From IMG/VR virus record IMGVR_UViG_3300013947_000021, positions 128,001 through 192,000 of that record: a stretch of DNA of 64,000 nt; one strand, given 5' to 3'. The notes under the pieces were generated by a model. That model made no database searches and was not told the origin of the DNA. It was given only the letters and a program-made list of their open reading frames with translations. The DNA comes from a virus. Taxonomy: Duplodnaviria; Caudoviricetes. Below are positions 30,543-39,684 of the stretch, one piece after another (positions within the stretch are counted from its first letter, which is position 1; each line of letters starts with the position of its first letter). A program made the position numbers and the translations under genes.

Positions 30543-31691
30543 TTAATATCTATTCTCAACTATATCGGGATAATTAACAAATATACCATAATTTTTATTC
30601 TTATATACGGCTGTATTGGCAAGTTTCTCTCTCATAGCTTTAAATTGTTCGAGAACTTTTATCCACTTCTGCCGCATATCTTCATCTTGTTCTTCCATCG
30701 CATAATCATCAAGAATAGATATATTGTTATTAATAACTCTCATGAGATAAAGAGCATCTGCTTCTTCTTCTACATTCTTAATCTGCATAAGAAGTTCACA
30801 GTATGTACCTTCAATCATCTTGAGATTATTAAGTCTATGTTTTCTCTTCTTTTCTGCAATTCTTTCTTTAATAGTAGATTCAAGAACCATATTATCATCA
30901 ATATGCTTAATTCTCTTAATCATATTCTCATACTCAGTCTGCTCAATTCTAGATGCAGTAAATGCTCTTGCTCTAGCAAGTGTATTAATTGCTCCAACTC
31001 TTCTTATCTTAAGATTTCTATAAATAGAGAGAGCCCATGCAAAAATAGCAAACTTACTTACCTGAGCATTTGCATAAATAGAACCGAAATTTCTATATAT
31101 AGTATCATGAGCCATTCCAAGATCATATGCAAGTCCATATGCATTAAGGAATTCATTAGAATAGAATACATCACTATCTTCTATATAGAAGAAAGAATTA
31201 ACTTTAGAAAGATAATCTCTAAGTCCAAATCCAAGAATATCTTTATAGTGAATAGAATCAGATATCTTTATATTATCTCTATTTGCATAAAGATATGCAT
31301 TAAGTGTATCTCTAGTATTCTCCATAGGAGTAGAATCATTTACAAGTCTAGAAACTTCATAAAGAAGAATAGAAATAATCTTTTCTATATCAAGATTAAG
31401 AATAGGATCAAAAAGCTTAGAATCAAATTCTATCATATAAGTATTTATTCTATAAGGATCATCATCAGAAATGAGATCATAAATACTCGATACATTGACG
31501 ATAGGCATTATTTTAATACCAAAAAACATTCTATCAATATTAGTAGTATAAAGTACCTCTTTACATTCAGAATCAGTAAAGAATTTATTAAGTTCATTCT
31601 TAATAGTTTTAAGATCAGAGGTATTTATATCGAATTTATTTTTCAGCCTACTAATAGCATCAGCTAAATTAGTAAAGTCATATTTAATCAT
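30543..31691 (-). CDS. Probable virion structural protein
   Basis: 382 aa next to capsid gene; promoter 31720-31731; AGGAGGT SD. Confidence 0.55.
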   Translation of the reverse strand: MIKYDFTNLADAISRLKNKFDINTSDLKTIKNELNKFFTDSECKEVLYTTNIDRMFFGIKIMPIVNVSSIYDLISDDDPYRINTYMIEFDSKLFDPILNLDIEKIISILLYEVSRLVNDSTPMENTRDTLNAYLYANRDNIKISDSIHYKDILGFGLRDYLSKVNSFFYIEDSDVFYSNEFLNAYGLAYDLGMAHDTIYRNFGSIYANAQVSKFAIFAWALSIYRNLKIRRVGAINTLARARAFTASRIEQTEYENMIKRIKHIDDNMVLESTIKERIAEKKRKHRLNNLKMIEGTYCELLMQIKNVEEEADALYLMRVINNNISILDDYAMEEQDEDMRQKWIKVLEQFKAMREKLANTAVYKNKNYGIFVNYPDIVENRY

Positions 31692-31833
31692 AACTAACCT
31701 CCTGCTAGCAATTATTAATTACATAATAGTTGGCCTATTTTAGCTATATATAAAAAGAATGAAGAGAGCAATTATGCTCTCTTCATCCCTGTTGTTCAAC
31801 AAATTAGAAGTTTTGTAAATAATTAATTTTTAA

Positions 31834-33651
31834 TTAGCCGTTATTCGTGATAAGGTTGAAATCCGACATATGGTTGCCAGTCTCATAATGAGTATCCTTA
31901 TCAAACGGATCGGTGTTGGGAGCAATGTTCTCAAGTCCAGTCGGATGAAGGATCTTAATACGACCCTGAACAGGCTGATACTCATAGAACTTCCAACGCT
32001 CAAATGCATGAACTGCCGGAAGTGCCGGGTTAGCAGCATTTCTGATCTCGTTCGAGACATAGAGCTGGTAATCATAAATACGGTAAACAATACGATCACT
32101 ATTTCTCGGGCAGAGAATGATAATGAGGTTAGTATTGCCACGGAGCTTATCAGACGAAATGAACTGGTAAACTCTCTTATCAGAAGTAACAACAGTCTTC
32201 GTGAAGTCAAGATCAACCGGACCGATTGCAGACGGAGTCTGATAAGTATACTCAGTAGGAGTAATCTTACGAATAAGCTCAGGAGCACCAAATACCGAGA
32301 TGGTCATGTTCGGATCGTTAAGAACCTGGAAGAGACCAGTCGAAACAGTATCAAGGTAATCCATGAACGTCTTCTGTCTCCACTCAATGTGATCAAGAGC
32401 ATAGCCCTGTCTCGGAGCGAAGTCAAAAGTGGTCTGATACTTGGAGTACTTGTCCATATGGCGGAACGAGTCATCAAGCTCATGATGGATAGCAGTATCC
32501 TTATACTCACCAAGAACGTCCTTCATAAGATCAAGAACCTTCGAGAGCTGATTTACGTTGTAAAGAGCACCAAGATCCTTAACCTCTTCCGGCGACACAG
32601 GAGTATTCATCGGAATAGCATTACCAATCTCGACAACGTCAGTCTTAACAGCCCACTGAACCGATCCCATCGGATAGTTAGCAGAAGAGCTATCGAGCTG
32701 AGCCGAGATCTTAATAGCAGTGATAACACCCTTAGCGGAAAGGACAGAAACCTTATTCTTGTCCATCTTGCCATAGAGCTCATCTTCCTTAACAGTAGTC
32801 TTAGTCTCATCAGTAGCATCAGTGCATTCAATCTGAACTCTCTGAGCCATGATACGATTAAGATCACCGTAGTTCGGAGTAAACATGTACTTTACCGGAT
32901 ACCAAACATCCTTCGTGGTAGCCTCACCAAGAACCTCACCAGACTCAGGATCGATCTCACCAGCAGCAAAGTGAACATCCTTAACCTTAATAGCAGAAAT
33001 ATAAGTATCAATTGCGAAGCTGTCATCATCAGTACCCTGAAGGTCAGTAAGAATCTCTTCAGACTGAGTCTCAGTAAGCGGAAGAGTAAACTCAAACTCC
33101 TTCATCGGACGAGTATTAAGCATAGCTCCGTAGATCTTGTTCTGCTCCTTGAACATATCGATCTTCTTGCCATCAGGAGTTACGAAGTAACGAGTCTCCA
33201 TCGAGACAGTGAACTTCGGCTCTCTAGCGACAAACTTCGGAATAGCACCCTTGTCGAAGACCGTATTCATAAGAATATTCTTATGAACCGGGAAGGTCAT
33301 ACCGATAACAGGGTTGTAGGTATTAAGAGCTGCATTCTCAAGCACAGCCTGAGCATCATTATTGAAGAGCTCCTCATACATAAGATGTGCATCCTCAGCG
33401 AGGACTGCAGCATTTGCAGGATCAACACTAGCGAACTCGTTATCATCAACACAGTTCTCAGTGTAGAAATTCTTAAGTGCTTCTCTAGAAGCTCTAACCG
33501 AAAGAGCAGTGACCGGATCTCTAAAGAGATCAACTGCACACTCAGAAAGAATATCCTTACAAGTAGAAATAAACGATTCTGTATATGCTCTATTAGCAGT
33601 AGTATAACCAGAACCAACAGTGGTCTGCTTTCTGTTACCAATTACAGGCAT
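31834..33651 (-). CDS. Major capsid protein precursor
   Basis: 605 aa with very strong expression-type codon bias; in head module; promoter AACA-TCATGA-TA 33725-33736 plus 5' hairpin; probable propeptide ending AVLE-N. Confidence 0.75.
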   Translation of the reverse strand: MPVIGNRKQTTVGSGYTTANRAYTESFISTCKDILSECAVDLFRDPVTALSVRASREALKNFYTENCVDDNEFASVDPANAAVLAEDAHLMYEELFNNDAQAVLENAALNTYNPVIGMTFPVHKNILMNTVFDKGAIPKFVAREPKFTVSMETRYFVTPDGKKIDMFKEQNKIYGAMLNTRPMKEFEFTLPLTETQSEEILTDLQGTDDDSFAIDTYISAIKVKDVHFAAGEIDPESGEVLGEATTKDVWYPVKYMFTPNYGDLNRIMAQRVQIECTDATDETKTTVKEDELYGKMDKNKVSVLSAKGVITAIKISAQLDSSSANYPMGSVQWAVKTDVVEIGNAIPMNTPVSPEEVKDLGALYNVNQLSKVLDLMKDVLGEYKDTAIHHELDDSFRHMDKYSKYQTTFDFAPRQGYALDHIEWRQKTFMDYLDTVSTGLFQVLNDPNMTISVFGAPELIRKITPTEYTYQTPSAIGPVDLDFTKTVVTSDKRVYQFISSDKLRGNTNLIIILCPRNSDRIVYRIYDYQLYVSNEIRNAANPALPAVHAFERWKFYEYQPVQGRIKILHPTGLENIAPNTDPFDKDTHYETGNHMSDFNLITNNG

Positions 33652-33773
33652 TTTATTTATCTCCTTTCAATAATTAAATTGAGAATTTTATTATTTTATT
33701 AATTACCGTATTTCGGTAATATTTTATCATGATGTTAGCAAATCATCTTTTTGCAAGACTTAAATTAACCAAA

Positions 33774-34484
33774 TTATTCAGTAGGAATATTCATTTCTTT
33801 AAGCATATTATTTATAGCGGTCAATGTAGCAAGATATCTATTATAAATTATAGAATTTTCTATATAAGATTTGGTCTTATACACATTCTCCATATAATCT
33901 ATAATCATATCTTTAAGTTTTACTAAATTATTAGAGGCAAATTCTATTATAGATACATTTTCTTCAGAAAGATTTGCTGCAGAAATTTTTTCTATAATAG
34001 CATTTATAAGCTCATATAGTGCGAGATAGTTTCTCTTTAATTCTTTATGCTTAATATCAAGCTGTTCAGGAGTAAGATTGTTATAAAGCTCTTCTTCCTG
34101 TTTCTTAATATCATCTACTTTCTCATCACTATTATCGTCTCCACCACTGGAATCGTTGCTATCTCCAGAACTGTTATTATCGTCAGAATTATCAGATCCT
34201 GAATCATCTCCAGAATCGTCTCCATCGAAATTCATATCAGTATAATCTGTATTGTCAGAATCATCTGAATTATTATCAGCATTATCATCCTGATTATTAT
34301 TTTCAGTAGTATTTTCTTCAGCGTTATTATCATTAGAATTTTGATCTGATGTATTAGCATCATTTGTATCATTAGTATCTGCTGTGTAATCAGTATTATT
34401 ATCGTTACCAGCATCAGGACTATCTTCATGTAAAGGAGATAGTCTATTGAAGTCAGATTTGCTTAATGAAAATAAAAGGCCCAT
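33774..34484 (-). CDS. Acidic D/N-rich head-associated protein
   Basis: Low-complexity acidic N half, helical C half; promoter 34509-34520. Confidence 0.6.
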   Translation of the reverse strand: MGLLFSLSKSDFNRLSPLHEDSPDAGNDNNTDYTADTNDTNDANTSDQNSNDNNAEENTTENNNQDDNADNNSDDSDNTDYTDMNFDGDDSGDDSGSDNSDDNNSSGDSNDSSGGDDNSDEKVDDIKKQEEELYNNLTPEQLDIKHKELKRNYLALYELINAIIEKISAANLSEENVSIIEFASNNLVKLKDMIIDYMENVYKTKSYIENSIIYNRYLATLTAINNMLKEMNIPTE

Positions 34485-34565
34485 TATTATACCTCCTTTT
34501 TAATTAATTATTTGTATGTTGCAGATAGAAATAATAAAGAGGCCTCATGAGGCCTCTTATTGTTT

Positions 34566-36842
34566 TTACTCAACGCCCTTTGTATCATAAACTTTCTGTC
34601 CAAGTTCAACTTTCATCTTATACTTAATTCTTTGAAGCTGTCTCTGAAGATTTCTCTGGATAGTAAGAAGCTGTTTTAATGCTTTCATATCATTCTTAGA
34701 TTCAGCAATATCAATATACTTCTTACACATTTCAAGTTCAATCTCAATGTCATCTATAATCATCTGTCTTTCTTTAGCCTTATATTTAGCACTAATGCCA
34801 AAATATCCTAAAGTACTAATAACTGCAAGTACAGGCTGGCCAATTGCAATAAGTCCAGCATTTAAAATACCAAGCTTAATAATCTTAGATGCAGAAGGGA
34901 GAATAGATCCTTTTATAATAGCTTCTCTATTATCATTTGTAAGAGACTTCTCAAAATTTTTAGTCAAATTACTCATAGAATAATCTACATTCTTAGATAT
35001 CTGCTTCTGCTTATCGTTAAGATTTGTTAAAGAATTCTTTAATTTCTGTCCAGCTAATTTTAAATTATTAAGGAAAGATACTTCATTTAAAGGATATGAT
35101 GATTTAGCATTAATAGTGTAATCATTCATGGCTTTATAATAATTACATACTGCATCAGTATAATTAATACATTCAGCCAATGTATATAATTTAACAGAAT
35201 CTATATCAATATCTTTAAATTCATTTATACTATCTGGTATATTATTTGATATAATAAAATTATCACTTATATAAATAAGATTATCATAGATTTTATTCAA
35301 TGCTTCATCAAAATTAAAATCAAAACCATCGAAATTAAAATCATCATCAGAAGAATCAGAATCATATACTCCATCTTCTATTTCCTTATTATATCTATCT
35401 TCCTGCTCCTTTTCAGTAGATACATCACCAAGATATTCATTAAGTTTATTCTTTGCATTATTAAGAGACTTTATATAAGCTTCAAGCTTCTTTTTAGTTT
35501 CTTCATCTGAAGTAGATGCAATCTTGGTTTTGGTATTTTTGATTTCATTATTAAAGCAATCAATCATTTTAATTGCATCCTGCTTTTTAATCTTCATAGA
35601 TATAGCTCTATCAGCAATCAAAGTTCCAATACTCATTATAGGACCAACTGCAGGAATAGCAGCTATACCAAGAATAAAGAATCCTCTAATAAAGCTTAAG
35701 AATTTAGGAGTTCCTTTAGTAATATTAGTTACATTATTAGAGTAAAGCTTTCTTATCATCTTTCTAAGTTTACCTTCAGGCTTGCTATTAGCATCTTTAG
35801 AAAGCTCGCTCTTTTTATATTCATTAAATAATTTATCAAAATCTATTTCTTCATCTTTAGATTCTTCTTTATTTTCAGAAGTATTATTATCAGAAGCTCC
35901 TTCTGTATAATTATCAATTCTTTTACTTATATAAGAAGAATTATCTAAATTATCAGATTCAGGTTCTTCCTCTGTAAGAATATCCACATCTTTAAGATCA
36001 TCTTTATCAAAAAGAATAGTAGATTCTAATACATTTTTACAAGTATTAATTCCATCTTCTTTAAATAAGAAATAATCATTAGCAGTATTAATTACATCAG
36101 AAATCTTATATGACGTGGAATATTTTTCCAATCCATACCAGGCAGTTTCTATAATAGTATTATACTTAATAATATCAGGAATATTATAGGTATCAATAAA
36201 ATTACATAATTCTATTACGGTATCTTGAATACCATTTATAGAAGGATTGGATGAGAATAGATTGTCTATATTAAATCTCTTTGATACTCTATTATAATTT
36301 TCAATAATAAGATCACAATATTCACATAAATAAAGTTTATCTAAAATCTTATTATAAATAAGATTTATAGTATTTTCTTTAAGAGAATCATCTGTAGTTT
36401 CTGCAGGTGTAGAACTATCAACTTTAGCTACATTAGATCCAGTAGCATTAAATGATTTTTTAATAGCATCATTTATCTGATCTTGAATATTATGAGAAAT
36501 TTTTAAAGCAGATTTATTTGTAACTCTACTCATTCTCATCTTTATAACTTTAGCAGTTTCTTTTGCATCTCTTACTTTATCAACAGCCTCATTTATAATA
36601 AGATTACCCAATTTATTTATATTTGATATATTGGACTTTTCTGTAAAAATATCAAATATCTCCATACATATAAGCAAATTAGGACTGGAAGAACTAGTAA
36701 TGCATTCTTCCATAAAAGAAAATATTTGTTTAGAACTGTAATGGGTCTTAATATTATTTAAAACTCTTTCTTGTATAATGGTTTCATTTGCGTCTAGCCC
36801 ACGAATTCTAGATCGCATATCATTGATATTAATCGCTCCCAT
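34566..36842 (-). CDS. Large probable virion/head protein
   Basis: 758 aa with two hydrophobic segments plus coiled coils; promoter 36869-36880. Confidence 0.6.
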   Translation of the reverse strand: MGAININDMRSRIRGLDANETIIQERVLNNIKTHYSSKQIFSFMEECITSSSSPNLLICMEIFDIFTEKSNISNINKLGNLIINEAVDKVRDAKETAKVIKMRMSRVTNKSALKISHNIQDQINDAIKKSFNATGSNVAKVDSSTPAETTDDSLKENTINLIYNKILDKLYLCEYCDLIIENYNRVSKRFNIDNLFSSNPSINGIQDTVIELCNFIDTYNIPDIIKYNTIIETAWYGLEKYSTSYKISDVINTANDYFLFKEDGINTCKNVLESTILFDKDDLKDVDILTEEEPESDNLDNSSYISKRIDNYTEGASDNNTSENKEESKDEEIDFDKLFNEYKKSELSKDANSKPEGKLRKMIRKLYSNNVTNITKGTPKFLSFIRGFFILGIAAIPAVGPIMSIGTLIADRAISMKIKKQDAIKMIDCFNNEIKNTKTKIASTSDEETKKKLEAYIKSLNNAKNKLNEYLGDVSTEKEQEDRYNKEIEDGVYDSDSSDDDFNFDGFDFNFDEALNKIYDNLIYISDNFIISNNIPDSINEFKDIDIDSVKLYTLAECINYTDAVCNYYKAMNDYTINAKSSYPLNEVSFLNNLKLAGQKLKNSLTNLNDKQKQISKNVDYSMSNLTKNFEKSLTNDNREAIIKGSILPSASKIIKLGILNAGLIAIGQPVLAVISTLGYFGISAKYKAKERQMIIDDIEIELEMCKKYIDIAESKNDMKALKQLLTIQRNLQRQLQRIKYKMKVELGQKVYDTKGVE

Positions 36843-36947
36843 ATTGGCCCTCCATAAATATTAAATATTATAAATAAGTTAAAATCGGTATTTATACAAA
36901 AAATAAATATAGGCAAGGTTTGCTTGTCTATATTTATTATAATTTAA

Positions 36948-37565
36948 TTACTCATCATTATCATCATTAGAAGATATAGATTCAATACAATCATCAATAT
37001 CTAAATCTCCTTCTATCATTCTTTTAAGATTACTCTTATTTATATCAAAAAGTGTTGCAGCATGAGCAACTGCACATGAATTAAGCGGAACATAAATTCC
37101 ATGAGGACCTTTAGCATTTCCTATATAGCAAGGATGATCAATTCTACCAAGATCATGAATAGTATCATCATCTTTAGTAGTACCAATATAATGGAATCCA
37201 TCATCTACAGTATTTATAATTCCAGCCAATGGGATCTTATACTGTCTATCTGCCTTACAACCAACTCTTGCATCATGAACATTTGAAACTACTGGAGCTC
37301 CAAGCATAGCTCCAGAAAAAGTTGGATCTCCAACAATTTCTACATCATGATCTTTATTAATAGCAAATCCATTTTCACTTATTGTATGCTGAAATCCTAA
37401 TGCAAAATCAGCAAACTCATCAAGCTTATCAATCTTATCTGCTATATCAAGCATATAATTATTAATCTGCTTAGCCATAGCATGTTCCGCTTCAGATTTA
37501 TCTTCTTTCTTTATAAAGTCTAAATCCTCTGCAGGAATATGAAGTACATATTTCTTAGTTTCCAT
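36948..37565 (-). CDS. Hypothetical protein
   Basis: 205 aa, AAAGGAG SD. Confidence 0.7.
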   Translation of the reverse strand: METKKYVLHIPAEDLDFIKKEDKSEAEHAMAKQINNYMLDIADKIDKLDEFADFALGFQHTISENGFAINKDHDVEIVGDPTFSGAMLGAPVVSNVHDARVGCKADRQYKIPLAGIINTVDDGFHYIGTTKDDDTIHDLGRIDHPCYIGNAKGPHGIYVPLNSCAVAHAATLFDINKSNLKRMIEGDLDIDDCIESISSNDDNDE

Positions 37566-37594
37566 TTTATTCTATCTCCTTTAAATAATTTTTA

Positions 37595-38221
37595 TTATAT
37601 TTCAGATGTATCATATTTTAAAGCATACTTCTCAAAAATCTTAAATTGTTCAAATTCTGTTTCTTCTTTTCCATAAATATTTTCAAATTCTTTATTTAAT
37701 ATAGAAGAGTCAAAATCGGGCATGGTGAAATTAAATATCATCATCATATTAATGCCATAATTATTAGCATATAATCCTAAAAGCGTTTTATACACTATAA
37801 AATTAGTATGGTCAAGATCAATATCATTAAATTCTTTCTTAGTTTTTCTACTAAGTAAATAAGAATGAACAAAATGATTTGTTAAATTACATGATGCATA
37901 AAGAATCATATCAGAAAGATAATCTATAACCTCTAATCCTTCTGGAGTAAAAAGTTGTAAGGAATTATATATTTTCTGATCTAATTCAGGAATCATACTA
38001 CCATCAGTATTTGAAACCTGATCAAGCGTAATAATATTAAATCTATCTGTAATATTTTTATAATTAGAAATACTGTGATAGACTTTATTTATTATTTCTG
38101 TGCCTAAAACGTTTTCTGGTTGTTTTGTAGCTTTAATTTTATCTTTTAGGGTCTTTTCATTTGCTACAGCAAGTTTCATAAAACTCATTTTCGATATTGG
38201 TAAATAAGTGTCTTTTTTCAT
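37595..38221 (-). CDS. Hypothetical early protein
   Basis: 208 aa, AGGAG SD, early motif 38279-38295. Confidence 0.7.
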   Translation of the reverse strand: MKKDTYLPISKMSFMKLAVANEKTLKDKIKATKQPENVLGTEIINKVYHSISNYKNITDRFNIITLDQVSNTDGSMIPELDQKIYNSLQLFTPEGLEVIDYLSDMILYASCNLTNHFVHSYLLSRKTKKEFNDIDLDHTNFIVYKTLLGLYANNYGINMMMIFNFTMPDFDSSILNKEFENIYGKEETEFEQFKIFEKYALKYDTSEI

Positions 38222-38312
38222 AATAAATTTCTCCTAAATAAAATATATTTTTTTTTGAATACATTTTAATTATTTGTATTCAAAAATATAATATCTAATT
38301 ATTTTAATAAAT

Positions 38313-38493
38313 AATAAAAAGAATTAAGGTGCAGCCATCTCAGCCGCACCTTAATCTATTTCAACAAAAGGAGAAATCATGAAACGAAAACAACAAAAAT
38401 TTACACGAACACAAAAGCAATGAGCAAAATAAATGAAAGGAAAACAATGAAAACCAAATCACGAGCAGTAGAGATTGGGACTTAATCCCTACT
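38313..38493 (-). ncRNA. Candidate multi-target anti-RBS small RNA (about 180 nt)
   Basis: AACA-TATTAT-TA promoter 38493-38504; 9-bp 5' hairpin; U/G-rich body with four CAU/anti-SD segments; 14-bp terminator 38323-38355 plus U tract; G-U pairs form only on the minus strand. Confidence 0.7.
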
Positions 38494-38523
38494 AATAATA
38501 TGTTAATATTTTTTCATAAATAT

Positions 38524-38670
38524 AAAGAAAATAATGCAAGATGAATTTCCATCTTGCATTATAATTTTCTGAAAGGACAATAATACATAATAAATTGTAA
38601 CGAAAATAAAATATATGAGGTTCCAAAATCACCAATAGCTATCCCACAAATTAGATGGTGAGTCTAATTT
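38524..38670 (-). ncRNA. Candidate anti-RBS small RNA (about 147 nt)
   Basis: AACA-CTATTA-TA promoter 38670-38681; 5' hairpin AAAUUAGA/UCUAAUUU; U-rich body with UUAUUGUCCUUUCA; terminator 38531-38562. Confidence 0.6.
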
Positions 38671-38765
38671 ATAATAGTGTTTGTAATATATTTTTAAATA
38701 CCAGCCAAATTCTATATGTCCAAACATATCGATAAATATATTTAAATACCGGAGGTGTATATAAT

Positions 38766-39581
38766 ATGGCAAATATGCCTATTGGATATATAATTCTTGA
38801 AGGTGCACCATCTGAAATTCCAGATGCCACTATAATAAAAGAATCTAATAAAAGAGTTATAGGAGAAGGAATTATTCAGACTGCAGAAGAAGAAAATAGA
38901 AATGGAAGATGTTATCTTCAGCCTGATCTTTTAAGAGAAGTTCAGTGTGCAAGAACTAAAGAACTTCTTACTACAGGAAATATGCTTTCTGAGAATGGTC
39001 ATCCTATGGATACATCTATGATTAGGCAGCAGACTATTGATCCTAATAATACTGTCGCTAGATTTCTTAAGATCTGGATGGATGGAAATAATGTAATGGC
39101 TCAATTTAAGGGAACTAATAATGCTAAGGGCGAAGAATTTGATCAGGATCTTAGGGAAGGCGTTCTTCCTAGCTGGTCTCTTAGAGCTCTTGGTTCTCTT
39201 GCAAATAAGGGTGGACGTAATGTAGTTGAAAATCTTAAGGTTATTACCTGGGATAGAGTTATTTATCCGTCTCATCCTCATGCTTATACTACTAGACTTG
39301 TAAGCGAGTCTGCTGGAATTCGTGATAATTCTATTAATACTATGAATAAAAATGGTAAACTCATTCCTATTACAAATGAGTCTGTTGTTTCATATATTAA
39401 ATCAGAATCTGGGAGAATTAAATCTCTTATTGAGCAGGTTGATTTTATGTATGAATCTACTGATATCGTAGATAATGGACGTAGAGTAAGACTTGTTGCT
39501 AAGAATGGTGATATCTTTATGATAAATCTTGAAAATCATGTTGCTAATGAAATTGAAAAATATTGTCTGACTAGAAGATAA
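38766..39581 (+). CDS. Prohead core protease (T4 gp21-like)
   Basis: NRNGRCY, ENGHP, SWSLRALGS, ITWDRVIYPS; promoter AACA-TATCGA-TA 38723-38734. Confidence 0.85.
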   Translation: MANMPIGYIILEGAPSEIPDATIIKESNKRVIGEGIIQTAEEENRNGRCYLQPDLLREVQCARTKELLTTGNMLSENGHPMDTSMIRQQTIDPNNTVARFLKIWMDGNNVMAQFKGTNNAKGEEFDQDLREGVLPSWSLRALGSLANKGGRNVVENLKVITWDRVIYPSHPHAYTTRLVSESAGIRDNSINTMNKNGKLIPITNESVVSYIKSESGRIKSLIEQVDFMYESTDIVDNGRRVRLVAKNGDIFMINLENHVANEIEKYCLTRR

Positions 39582-39684
39582 ATAATACATGAATTAGGTA
39601 GAAGGGTTGTTCCCTTCTACCTAGCTTTTATTACGTCAACTTATAAATAAATATTAGATATATTGAAAGGAGGAAAATAATATT

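Noticed and set aside
31870-33702. 610-aa plus-strand ORF antisense to the capsid gene
   Set aside because: Shadow of strong codon bias; no SD or promoter, unnatural composition
38379-38485. Plus-strand mini-ORFs MKRKQQKFTRTQKQ and MSKINERKTMKTKSRAVEIGT with good SD sequences
   Set aside because: No plus-strand promoter motif; promoter, U tract and G-U pairs in both flanking hairpins all point to the minus strand. Kept only as the alternative to the sRNA model.
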